This document shows positions 23,303-32,000 of a DNA stretch of 32,000 bases, piece by piece. Source of the stretch: an uncultured archaeon (GTDB lineage: Archaea > Iainarchaeota > Iainarchaeia > Iainarchaeales > DATDZZ01); the NCBI GenBank assembly GCA_964373795.1, contig CAYJVY010000008.1:40992-72991 (forward strand). Direction: 5' to 3'. Position 1 is the first letter of the stretch. Every line of letters begins with the position of its first letter. The notes under the pieces are model-generated. The model was given only the letters and a program-made list of their open reading frames with translations, was not told the DNA's origin and searched no databases. The position numbers and the translations under genes are program-made.

Positions 23303-24001
23303 TTAAAATAAAAATGAAATCAATAAAGCTAATAAAATCATGTTTCCAAAATCTGCTATTGAAGTGGTAATTGGAATAAGTAAATTATTTGGATCTTCTT
23401 GTTTTTTATAAAAATACATTCCTGCAATAATTGAAACTATAAACAAAATTGGAACCAACATTGTTACGGACAACGTGCTGATTAAAATTATTTTAGCTGC
23501 ACTAATTAACGTTAAATTATAATTTGCCATGATTGAAATAATTAAAGCCATTATAGAGCTAATTAAGTTAACTAAAATTGCAATTAAAAATATTTGAAAA
23601 AATAGTTTTTTTAATTCTGGGCTTTTAAATAAGTTATTAGGTTTTATTTTTCCTTCTAAAAGCATTGTTGAAAACCTTGAAGAAATTATTATCCCATAAT
23701 CTCCTATTAAAGTGTTTAGAATTGGAATTAAAATTATTAAAGGAATTAGTGATACAAACAGTATCTTAGTTTGTTCTAATGCAAGTCCTCCAATAGAACT
23801 AATTATTGATGCAAAAAAAAGAATTAGAATGCTTTCTTTGATTATTGTTAAAGCAACATGCGAATGAGGGCCATATTCTTTTACATAAAATAGTGTTTTT
23901 TTGGAGAATTTATGTTTTTTATGAAGAAAATGAATTAATGGATGTTGTTTTTTTCTTTCAATTTTTTTTAATTTATGTAAATGCTTTATTGCTTTATTCA
24001 T
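23303..24001 (-). CDS. MgtE/SLC41-like divalent cation transporter membrane domain (half 2)
   Basis: Five hydrophobic helices and the DPNNLLIPITTSIADFGN motif characteristic of the MgtE membrane domain. Overlaps the upstream paralogue by 4 nt. Confidence 0.7.
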   Translation of the reverse strand: MNKAIKHLHKLKKIERKKQHPLIHFLHKKHKFSKKTLFYVKEYGPHSHVALTIIKESILILFFASIISSIGGLALEQTKILFVSLIPLIILIPILNTLIGDYGIIISSRFSTMLLEGKIKPNNLFKSPELKKLFFQIFLIAILVNLISSIMALIISIMANYNLTLISAAKIILISTLSVTMLVPILFIVSIIAGMYFYKKQEDPNNLLIPITTSIADFGNMILLALLISFLF

Positions 24002-24549
24002 AATACCGCCATTGCAATTAAAATTGAAATAATGCTAGTAATATCTGCTGTTGAAGTTACAAATGGTCCCATAAAATTATTTGGATCGTGGCCTTTTTTG
24101 AATAAATAAAATGTTGCAATTAATGTTAATGGAATTTCTATTAGGTTTGCAATTATTCCCGCAATTAAAGGTATTAGAATTATTTTCTTCATTATTATTC
24201 CTAAAAGAAAATAATTAAATAAAAAAGCAGTTAATCCAAGAATTAATGATGCAAAGATTGCTAAAGCAAATGAAGCGATTACGTTTCCTTTAATAATTCT
24301 TGTTTCCTTTAACGTTGGTTTAACAAAACCTAGAAATAATCCTGCAGTTAGCCTTGAAGCAAATGTTCCACTAATATTTCCCCTCATTTCCAAAAATCCT
24401 GGTAAGATTATTAGCATTCCAGGAAGTAAAAGAATTTGATTAGTGTAAAATGCTAGAATACTTCCAGCAATTAATCCTCCAATAAGTGAAATTAATTGCG
24501 AGGAAAAAATTTCTTTAAAGTCATTGTCAAATAAATTCATTTGAATCAT
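23998..24549 (-). CDS. MgtE/SLC41-like divalent cation transporter membrane domain (half 1)
   Basis: DPNNFMGPFVTSTADITS motif and five hydrophobic helices. Paralogous to the downstream gene. Confidence 0.7.
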   Translation of the reverse strand: MIQMNLFDNDFKEIFSSQLISLIGGLIAGSILAFYTNQILLLPGMLIILPGFLEMRGNISGTFASRLTAGLFLGFVKPTLKETRIIKGNVIASFALAIFASLILGLTAFLFNYFLLGIIMKKIILIPLIAGIIANLIEIPLTLIATFYLFKKGHDPNNFMGPFVTSTADITSIISILIAMAVL

Positions 24550-24553
24550 TTTC

Positions 24554-27256
24554 TTATTCTAAATAAATAGCTGGCTTTAAAGGCAATGCATTTTTTGCTT
24601 TTTTTGCTGGATCGTTTGAAGTGTTATCCGCATTTTCTATTTCTACACTGCAGTTAAATTCTTTTTCAAAAAACTGTTTTTCCTTGACTAATACATTGAA
24701 TTCATTTATTTTATTCGTGCTATCTGCATTAATAGTTCTTTTACTCATCGCTTTAATAAATCCTGGAACTTCGTTTCCAAATGCTCTTAATTCTTGTTCT
24801 TGCATTAAAAACTTTAATGCTTCTTGAATATTTCCTAAACTGATTTTTTTTTCTTGAATTTTTTTCAATGCTGTTTCCTTCCATTTAGGAGTAACATATA
24901 AAACAATTTTTTTTAGTTCTTCTTTTTTTGCTAACTCTTTAATGCTTTTAATGTCTTCAATTATTTCTTGCAAGTAATCCTCTGTTAATTCAATTTCTTT
25001 GTTAATGAATTTTTTGTTTTCTTTTGGCCAAGAAGCTTTTACAATTAATTCTTTTTCTCCAATTAAATGCCATGCTTCTTCACTTAAATGAGGAGCAAAA
25101 GGTGAAAGCATTAAAATTATTGTTTTAATTGATTCTTTTAATACTCCTGCAGTTAATTGTTCTTTGTATTTGAAAACAAGATGAGTTAACTCCATTAAAG
25201 AAGAAATTGCAAAACTTAATTGGAATTCATTTACTTGGATTGAAGCTTTTTCAATTCCTGTTTGAAGCTTGCTTAACACTAGCTTGTCTTTATCATTTAA
25301 ACTTGCTTCAATTAATTTTGCTTCCTTAATTTTTTCCGCGTTTTCTTCAACTAATCTGTAAATTCTTTGCAAAAACCTGTTAGAAGCTTCAACTCCTTTA
25401 TCACTCCACTCTAATTCTTTTTCAGGCAAGGCAGCAAATAAAATGAATACTCTTGCAGTGTCTGCTCCAAATTTTTCAATTATTTCTCCTGGGTCAACAA
25501 TGTTTCCAAAAGATTTACTCATTTTTGCTCCATCTTTTATAACCATTCCTTGAGTTAACAATCTTTTGAATGGCTCGTCAACCTTTGTTAACCCTAAATC
25601 ACGTAAAGCTTTAGTGAAAAACCTGGCATAAAGCAAATGCAGAATTGCATGCTCTATTCCTCCAATATATTGATCTACTGGCATCCAATACTCAATCCTT
25701 TTATCAAACAATTTATCGTTTACATTTGGAGAACAATATCTAAAAAAATACCATGAAGAATCAACAAAAGTATCCATTGTATCAGTTTCCCTTCGAGCTT
25801 TTGACTTGCATTTAGGGCAAGTTGTTTCAACAAATTCTTTCACTGTCTCCAATGGATTTCCTTTTCCAGTGAACTCGGCATTTTCAGGCAATTCAACAGG
25901 CAAATCTTTTTCTGGCACTGGAACTACTCCGCATTTCTCGCAATAAATTATTGGAATAGGAGTTCCCCAAAATCTTTGCCTTGAAATCAGCCAGTCACGG
26001 ATTTTATAATTAATTGTTTTTTCTCCGTTTTTATTTTTTTCAAGCCAGTCAGCAATTTTCGGAAGAGCTTCTCTATTACTCATTCCAGAGAATTGCCCTG
26101 AATTAAATAATACTCCGTCTTCAATAAAAGCCTCTTTAGCTTCTTCAGCGTTAACTTCTTTTCCGTCTTTAGAGATTACAAACTTTAAAGGAATTTTATA
26201 TTTTTTTGCAAACTCAAAATCTCTTTTATCATGAGCATCAGCCATTACAATTCCTGTTCCATATTCTACTAAAGCAAAATTTGCAATCCAAATAGGAATT
26301 TCTTCTCCATTAGCTGGATTAATTGCGTTTATTCCAGTAAAGCAACCAATTTTGTCCTTGCCTGTTTCAGTTGTTCTTTCAATAATTGTTTGAGTTTTAA
26401 TTTTTTTAATTACTTTTTCAACTTCGCCTTCAAATTTAGTTCCTTTAACTAATTTTTCTACAAAAGGACTTTCAGGAGCAATTACAATAAATGTTACACT
26501 GTAAATAGTGTCACATCTAGTAGTAAAAGTAGGTAAAACTAAATCAGAGTTTTTTACTTTAAATAAAATGTTTACTCCTTCACTTTTTCCAATCCAGTTT
26601 TTTTGCATTACTTTAACTTTTTCAGGCCAGTGCTCTAGTTTTTCAATGTCTTTAAGTAATTCATCTGCATAATCAGTTATTTTGAAAAACCATTGATTAA
26701 GTCTTCTCTCTGTTACTTGTTTATGGCATCTCCAACAAGCTCCTTCTTCTACTTGCTCGTTTGCTAAAACAGTTCCACAGTCTTCACACCAATTCACTGG
26801 AGCTTCTTTTTTATACGCTAATCCTTTTTGAAAAAATTTTAAAAAAATCCATTGATTCCATTTATAGTATTTAGGCAAGCAAGTAATCACTAATCTATTC
26901 CAGTCATAACTCAAGCCTAGTTGTCTTTGTTGTTGCATCATTTCATTTATTTTATCAAAAGTCCATTGCCTTGGATTAATTTTTTTTTGAATTGCCGCGT
27001 TTTCAGCAGGCAATCCAAGAGCATCAAAACCCATTGGATATAATACATTAAATCCATTCATTCTCTTGAATCTAGCAAAAGCATCTCCAATAGTGTAATT
27101 TCTTACATGCCCCATGTGAAGTTTTCCACTTGGATAAGGAAACATTTCTAAAACAAAGTATTTTGGTTTACTTGAATCTTCTTTTGATTCAAAAACCTTT
27201 TCTTGTTCCCATTTTTTTTGCCATTTGGCTTCAATTTCTTTATGATTTAAAACCAT
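24554..27256 (-). CDS. leuS: Leucyl-tRNA synthetase, bacterial-type
   Basis: N-terminus [57 protein letters not shown] is colinear with bacterial LeuRS rather than archaeal PYxNGxLHxGH-type. KMSKS present ([10 protein letters not shown]). CxxC zinc motifs and a CP1 editing insert are present. Confidence 0.92.
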   Translation of the reverse strand: MVLNHKEIEAKWQKKWEQEKVFESKEDSSKPKYFVLEMFPYPSGKLHMGHVRNYTIGDAFARFKRMNGFNVLYPMGFDALGLPAENAAIQKKINPRQWTFDKINEMMQQQRQLGLSYDWNRLVITCLPKYYKWNQWIFLKFFQKGLAYKKEAPVNWCEDCGTVLANEQVEEGACWRCHKQVTERRLNQWFFKITDYADELLKDIEKLEHWPEKVKVMQKNWIGKSEGVNILFKVKNSDLVLPTFTTRCDTIYSVTFIVIAPESPFVEKLVKGTKFEGEVEKVIKKIKTQTIIERTTETGKDKIGCFTGINAINPANGEEIPIWIANFALVEYGTGIVMADAHDKRDFEFAKKYKIPLKFVISKDGKEVNAEEAKEAFIEDGVLFNSGQFSGMSNREALPKIADWLEKNKNGEKTINYKIRDWLISRQRFWGTPIPIIYCEKCGVVPVPEKDLPVELPENAEFTGKGNPLETVKEFVETTCPKCKSKARRETDTMDTFVDSSWYFFRYCSPNVNDKLFDKRIEYWMPVDQYIGGIEHAILHLLYARFFTKALRDLGLTKVDEPFKRLLTQGMVIKDGAKMSKSFGNIVDPGEIIEKFGADTARVFILFAALPEKELEWSDKGVEASNRFLQRIYRLVEENAEKIKEAKLIEASLNDKDKLVLSKLQTGIEKASIQVNEFQLSFAISSLMELTHLVFKYKEQLTAGVLKESIKTIILMLSPFAPHLSEEAWHLIGEKELIVKASWPKENKKFINKEIELTEDYLQEIIEDIKSIKELAKKEELKKIVLYVTPKWKETALKKIQEKKISLGNIQEALKFLMQEQELRAFGNEVPGFIKAMSKRTINADSTNKINEFNVLVKEKQFFEKEFNCSVEIENADNTSNDPAKKAKNALPLKPAIYLE

Positions 27257-27324
27257 TCAAATCGCTTTCAATAAAATTATTAAAAAAATTTATTTAGATT
27301 AGTCTCTTAAATTAATCCTTTAAT

Positions 27325-28077
27325 TTAAGCAATTCTTCTAAGCCTTCTTAATGCAGCTAATCTATTCATTTCCTTTCTTTGAGCTTCAATTCTTTGCCTT
27401 CTAAGCAATTCCTCTCTTGGAATAACTCTTGGCTCTCTCTCAGCTATGCCGCGTGCTCGACGTTCAGCTGCACGGCGAGCCATTAATTCTTTTCTTGGAG
27501 TAATAGAATCCCTAAGCAATCCTAAATAATTAAATTTTTCTCTGAAAGGAGCAAACAAAGGAATTCTTCCCACATAGTGTTGCATTACATATTCTTTTTT
27601 GAAACCCATTTTAGTTGCAACCTTTGCACTTAAAATATCTGCTAAAAATTCTTCTGCTGGTTTGCGAGGCAAGCCAACTTGAATTGCAAATGGATCAATA
27701 TTTTTTTTAAAATGACCCCATTCATGAAGCAAAGTAATTAACCCGCTTGCAGTAATTTTGTCTCCATAAAAAAAGTAATGAGTAGGAATATTAATTATTT
27801 CAGGGCCTCTTTTAATCGTTATTTGGTTTCCCTTAAAACCGCCTCGCCTTATTTCCATTAACTCTTGATGTTCTCCCATTGTAGCAAAACCGCCTTGTCT
27901 TGCAAGTTCTTGCCTGTCATAAAAATAAATTTTAGTATTTCTAATACTATTAAGTAATCCTTCATACAAGCCTTTCAAATTTGGTGGAGCTTGTTCTCTT
28001 AATTCTTTTACAGCCAAAACCACGTACTGCTGTAAATTATTCAAAGCATTTCTTCTCTGAGAACTCAATAACGACAT
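27325..28077 (-). CDS. Hypothetical HExxH (HEWGH) putative zinc metallopeptidase with Arg-rich C-terminal tail
   Basis: 250-aa ORF. LITLLHEWGHF is the only HExxH. The C-terminal ~55 aa (RRAAERRARGIAEREPRVIPREELLRRQRIEAQRKEMNRLAALRRLRRIA) are extremely basic and helical. No family recognised. Confidence 0.55.
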   Translation of the reverse strand: MSLLSSQRRNALNNLQQYVVLAVKELREQAPPNLKGLYEGLLNSIRNTKIYFYDRQELARQGGFATMGEHQELMEIRRGGFKGNQITIKRGPEIINIPTHYFFYGDKITASGLITLLHEWGHFKKNIDPFAIQVGLPRKPAEEFLADILSAKVATKMGFKKEYVMQHYVGRIPLFAPFREKFNYLGLLRDSITPRKELMARRAAERRARGIAEREPRVIPREELLRRQRIEAQRKEMNRLAALRRLRRIA

Positions 28078-28100
28078 GAAATAATTATTCTTTCAAAGAA

Positions 28101-28108
28101 TATAAATA
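28101..28108 (-). promoter_or_regulatory. TATA-box-like element (TATTTATA on the minus strand) positioned for a leaderless transcript of the HExxH gene
   Basis: Lies 24-31 nt upstream of the ATG at 28077 with no SD-like motif between. Confidence 0.35.
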
Positions 28109-28160
28109 GGTTTTGCTTTTATGGCTCATTACAAAAAGGTAATCTGCTTAGAAGTTTGGA

Positions 28161-29216
28161 TTATGTTGCTACATCACATTTTCCAGCTATACAAATAGCT
28201 TGTGCTGTTACTTTGCAGCTTGAGTCATTTGATACAACTGCAGGGCAGACAATTTCTTCTGATTTTTTCTTTAAGTCTTCCAAGTATTTTTCCTTGAATT
28301 CTTTGTTGATTGCCTTGTTTAATCCACCATAACTACAACTGCATGCCCCAGCTTGCACTAATACACAATCGTCATTTGTGCCACAGTTATCAATTTCTTT
28401 TGCAGGCACTAATTCAGGTAATGAAACTTCGCATTTTCCTTGTGGTGAACAGATTGCTTTTGCTTCTGGTTTACAGCTTGGATCATTGGACATTACTGTA
28501 AGGCAGTTAAAACCCTCCATTTTTTTTCTTGTAATTTTTTGAAATATGCCTGAACTGTTTTTGTTAATTGCTACTCTATTGCCTGCTCCTCCACATCCAC
28601 AATCATTTTCTACAAGTACGCAGTCATTTGGTTGCTCACATTCCTGATAGAATTCTAATCCTTTTTCTGGGGAAACAATCAATTCATCTGATAATAATGT
28701 TTCTTGTTCTTGACAGCTTGACATCTTTACTGGCGTACTTTTTGCTATATTGCATTTCTTTCCATAGTTTATCTTGATTCTATAAGTTCCTGGCTCTAAA
28801 GCAAGAGTATCAAATAATATGTCATAAACTTGTCTACTTTTTACTTCCCAGACTTCTTCTGAGTTTTCGCCTTCATTAACTTGTTTCCATGTATCTCCAT
28901 CTTTTTTTTCAAGAATGTAATCACTTGAAGAACCAGAAAAAATTGATTCCCTTAAACCATTAAATAATTGCACATCTACTGGGTCGGCTACTGAGAAATT
29001 AGTATTCATAAAAATTTTTGGCTCTTTAATGTCTTTATAAGGATCTTCCAAGCATTGAGTTCCAGGAGGACATCCGCCTTTTTCTCCACCATTTTCAGTA
29101 GGCGTTTCTTTTTTGTCTGTTTTTGTGTCATTTTTTAGTTCTGTAACACAACCACTAAACAGTAATGCAAGAATTAGCAGGATTATAATTGTTGGTAGAA
29201 TTTTTTTGAATTCCAT
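28161..29216 (-). CDS. Putative lipoprotein/secreted protein with two tandem 8-Cys modules
   Basis: N-terminal signal with lipobox-like LLFSGC. Two C-terminal ~70-aa modules (aa 193-264 and 278-349) have near-identical Cys spacing. No family recognised. Confidence 0.6.
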   Translation of the reverse strand: MEFKKILPTIIILLILALLFSGCVTELKNDTKTDKKETPTENGGEKGGCPPGTQCLEDPYKDIKEPKIFMNTNFSVADPVDVQLFNGLRESIFSGSSSDYILEKKDGDTWKQVNEGENSEEVWEVKSRQVYDILFDTLALEPGTYRIKINYGKKCNIAKSTPVKMSSCQEQETLLSDELIVSPEKGLEFYQECEQPNDCVLVENDCGCGGAGNRVAINKNSSGIFQKITRKKMEGFNCLTVMSNDPSCKPEAKAICSPQGKCEVSLPELVPAKEIDNCGTNDDCVLVQAGACSCSYGGLNKAINKEFKEKYLEDLKKKSEEIVCPAVVSNDSSCKVTAQAICIAGKCDVAT

Positions 29217-29250
29217 GCATTAAATATATATTGGTTGTTTAAGAGCTTTT

Positions 29251-31953
29251 CTATAAAGGTTGTTTATTGGATTCTCTGAGTTTTTCTGGCTTCAAGCTTT
29301 TTCCTCTGAAAAAGTCTTCTCGTCCGCCGCCAACTAATTCAAGTTTTGATTTAAGTTCTTCAAAAAACTTTTTAGCAGTCTTTTTTGCTTTTGACCCGGA
29401 TTTTACTACAAATTCTCCTGAAGAAGAGTTTGCAGCAAACACTGTTGCTTCTGGAAATTTTTCTGCAAGTTTTTCAGACAAAGAAGTTAATTGATCAATT
29501 GAAGCAAAACCTGTTACAAAAAATATTTTTCCATCCTTATCTGGTTTTAAGTTTTCTTTTTGCAATTCATTTATTTGTTCGCGAAGCTTTTCAACTTCTT
29601 TTCTTGCATTCTTTAACTCATTTACTATTTTGTTTGCAGAACTTGCAAGTTCTACTTCTGGAACGTTCAAGGTTTCAGCAGTGTCTTTAATTAATTGCTC
29701 GCGTTTTTGCATGAATTCAATTCCCGATAAAGTGCAAGCATATGAAAGCCTTTCAACTCCATCTTTAACGGTTTCACGTTTAATTATTTTAATTAATCCA
29801 ATGTCTCCAGTTCTTTGAACATGGGTTCCACAGCAAGCCTCTACATCTACTCCTTCAATATTAATTATTCTAATATCTAGTCCTGGAACATATCCTCCTT
29901 GATATATTCTGAAACCAAATTCTTTTTCAGCTTCATTTCTTTTATATACTTTTAATGTCACTAAATGATTTTCGGCAACAATTTTATTAGCCTCTAACTC
30001 AATTTCTTTTAATTCTTGTTCAGAGATTTTTTTGAAATGAGTTAAATCTAAATGAGCTTTGTCTACTTCTTTATGCGAGCCGGCTTGGAATACATGTTCT
30101 CCTAAAACCTCTCTTGCTGCAGCGTTTACTACATGTGTTCCAGTATGATGCCTCATTAAAAGCCATCTTCTATGCCAATCAATTTGTCCGAAAACTTTTT
30201 GTCCTTTCTTGAATTTTGAAACATCTTGTATTTCATGCAATACTACTCCATCAATTGTTTGAGTGTCTAAAACTTTTACTCCTTCAATTAATCCTTTGTC
30301 TCCTGCTTGTCCTCCTGCTTCAGCATAAAAACATGTTTGATCTAAAATTAAATAGTTTTCAATTGAACCTAAAATTTTTGCAGTAAATTCTTTCATGAAT
30401 CTGTCTTCGTAAAATAATTCTTTTGTTTTAGGAAAACCGGAAACATTGAAAACCTTTTTACTTAAATTTTCTTCTCTTTCAACCTCGTTTTTTCTAGCTA
30501 GTTCTCCGTAAAAGTTTTCCACGCTTTCAAGTTTAATTCCTTGACTTGAAGCAACTTCTTCAACTAATTCTAATGGAATTCCATCTGATTCATATAACTT
30601 CATTAATTCTTTTTTTTCTAAAAACTCTTTTTTGTCTTTCTTCATTTTTGTAACAAGAACTTCTACTTTGCGTTTGCTGTTCTCTTTTAATTCTGCAAAC
30701 TTTTTTCTTTCTTCATGCATTACTTCAATTGTTGTCTGCACTTGTTCTTTCAAAGTTGAATCAACTGCAGATAAATATTCTGCATGTCCTTCAAGTATTT
30801 TTGCAAAATCTAAATTGAAATTAAATTCTTCATTAAATCCAAAAACTCTTCTTAAAATCATTCTCAAATTATATCCTCCGCCTGCGTTTGAGGGAAGCAT
30901 TGAATCAGTTGAAGTGTATAAAATTGTTTTCAAGTGATCAGCTATTGCGTAAAGTGCTTGCAATGGTTTTAGCATTCCAAATAATTCTTCTTCGCTTACT
31001 CCAAGTTTTTTAGCAATTGCTTTTCTTTTCTCTGCATTTCCTTGTTCTTCATAGTTTAGTATTCCTGAAAGCTTTGCATATTCTTGGAATAATTTTTCAT
31101 TAAATTTTACTCCTGCATCTTTTTTCATTTTCCCAATTACTGGGCCAAAAGTTATTTCATAGCTTGTTGGACTGCCATTAGTAAACCAAGCAAATCTTTC
31201 CAAGCCTGCTCCCATGTCAATTACTTTTGTTTTCAATTCCTCAAATTTTCCTTGCCCTAAATCCTTGAATTGCATGAAAACACAGTTGCCTAGCTCTATT
31301 CCATTAGCCATGTATTCCATGCTTGGCCCAAATGTTCCTCCTCCTGCCCATACATCTTCTGCAAAAGTAATTTCTTCTTTTTTTATTCCTAAAACCTTTT
31401 GCAGCATTTCCAAGTCATGATCAATTGCTTCATTTTTCCAATAAAACTCTCCAGTCTTTGAAGTATTAAAAGATGTTTGCCCAATCATTGTAAAAGAAGT
31501 GTAATGCCTTCCAGTTACTCCTACATTTGATACATCTCCAAATCGAATTGAAGGCTGCATTACTAAAAGAGGATTTGCTGGAGGAGGCATTTCTCCTGAA
31601 ACAACAAATGGCTGAAAATCAATAATAGATGCATTAGTGAAGTATAAGTCGTCACGCCATCGGCAAACAGTTGGATATCTTGGAATCACTTTTACATTGC
31701 GTTTCTCAAAAAATTCTTCAACTTTTTTCCATGCCTCTAAATAATCAAGTTTTTTTGTTGCCTGACCAATAAATTCATAACCCATGCAACTAGAATCCGC
31801 GCAAATCTCTCTCTCAGAATTCATTGTCCAAAAAAAGTTTTTACAATTCATGCATTGCTTTCTTTGAAAGCCTTCGCTAACTAAAACCTTTAACTCGTAA
31901 TGTTTTTTCCAATCCTTTTTAAACAATTCTTTTAATTCTTTTTTTTCAACCAT
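29251..31953 (-). CDS. alaS: Alanyl-tRNA synthetase, archaeal-type
   Basis: N-terminal zinc-ribbon-like CMNCKNFFWT...CADSSC and RYPTVCRWRDDLYFTNASIIDFQPFVVSGEMPPPANPL are colinear with archaeal AlaRS. Editing-domain HTGTH and CCGTH motifs are present. GTGA SD upstream. Confidence 0.92.
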   Translation of the reverse strand: MVEKKELKELFKKDWKKHYELKVLVSEGFQRKQCMNCKNFFWTMNSEREICADSSCMGYEFIGQATKKLDYLEAWKKVEEFFEKRNVKVIPRYPTVCRWRDDLYFTNASIIDFQPFVVSGEMPPPANPLLVMQPSIRFGDVSNVGVTGRHYTSFTMIGQTSFNTSKTGEFYWKNEAIDHDLEMLQKVLGIKKEEITFAEDVWAGGGTFGPSMEYMANGIELGNCVFMQFKDLGQGKFEELKTKVIDMGAGLERFAWFTNGSPTSYEITFGPVIGKMKKDAGVKFNEKLFQEYAKLSGILNYEEQGNAEKRKAIAKKLGVSEEELFGMLKPLQALYAIADHLKTILYTSTDSMLPSNAGGGYNLRMILRRVFGFNEEFNFNLDFAKILEGHAEYLSAVDSTLKEQVQTTIEVMHEERKKFAELKENSKRKVEVLVTKMKKDKKEFLEKKELMKLYESDGIPLELVEEVASSQGIKLESVENFYGELARKNEVEREENLSKKVFNVSGFPKTKELFYEDRFMKEFTAKILGSIENYLILDQTCFYAEAGGQAGDKGLIEGVKVLDTQTIDGVVLHEIQDVSKFKKGQKVFGQIDWHRRWLLMRHHTGTHVVNAAAREVLGEHVFQAGSHKEVDKAHLDLTHFKKISEQELKEIELEANKIVAENHLVTLKVYKRNEAEKEFGFRIYQGGYVPGLDIRIINIEGVDVEACCGTHVQRTGDIGLIKIIKRETVKDGVERLSYACTLSGIEFMQKREQLIKDTAETLNVPEVELASSANKIVNELKNARKEVEKLREQINELQKENLKPDKDGKIFFVTGFASIDQLTSLSEKLAEKFPEATVFAANSSSGEFVVKSGSKAKKTAKKFFEELKSKLELVGGGREDFFRGKSLKPEKLRESNKQPL

Positions 31954-32000
31954 TTAATTCACTTAACTACTATAATTAAAAAAATAAAAAGATTTTAAAT

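Noticed and set aside
23303-24549. Split MgtE as a pseudogenised or fragmented transporter
   Set aside because: Both halves are intact ORFs, each with the DPNN...TSxAD motif and a 4-nt overlap. Paired stand-alone MgtE membrane-domain genes are a known archaeal arrangement.

Overview
AT-rich (by eye roughly 30% G+C) archaeal chromosome fragment, probably from a small-genome DPANN-like archaeon (inference). Archaeal markers: ribosomal protein L44e, archaeal-type AlaRS, ArgRS, an SMC N-terminus, GGTGAT/GGAGG-type ribosome-binding sites, and five CCA-less tRNA genes (three tRNA-Ser isoacceptors, tRNA-Leu, tRNA-Arg), one with a bulge-helix-bulge intron. Bacterial-looking genes are mixed in: a bacterial-type LeuRS and a long RelA/SpoT homologue. 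Gene density is high, with short or overlapping junctions. I saw no rRNA, CRISPR array, cas genes or obvious toxin-antitoxin pair. Candidates for something new, in my order of interest: (1) a minus-strand four-gene operon (3148..8364) built around a 1051-aa HerA/FtsK-type ATPase with large acidic N-terminal and wHTH-containing C-terminal extensions, followed by a 95-aa TBP-like protein, a 213-aa protein sharing a helical motif with the ATPase, and an M50-CBS protease. (2) A 124-nt, strikingly G+C-rich, repeat- and palindrome-structured intron in tRNA-Ser(CGA). (3) About 200-bp direct repeats (tRNA-Ser plus flank) bracketing about 6.2 kb that opens with a tyrosine integrase and a Schlafen/AlbA_2 gene. 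(4) A long RSH whose synthetase motifs look dead while the HD hydrolase is intact. (5) A tRNA-Leu whose canonical fold gives an A34 (AAG) anticodon. All functional calls rest on by-eye motif recognition; no database search or folding program was available.
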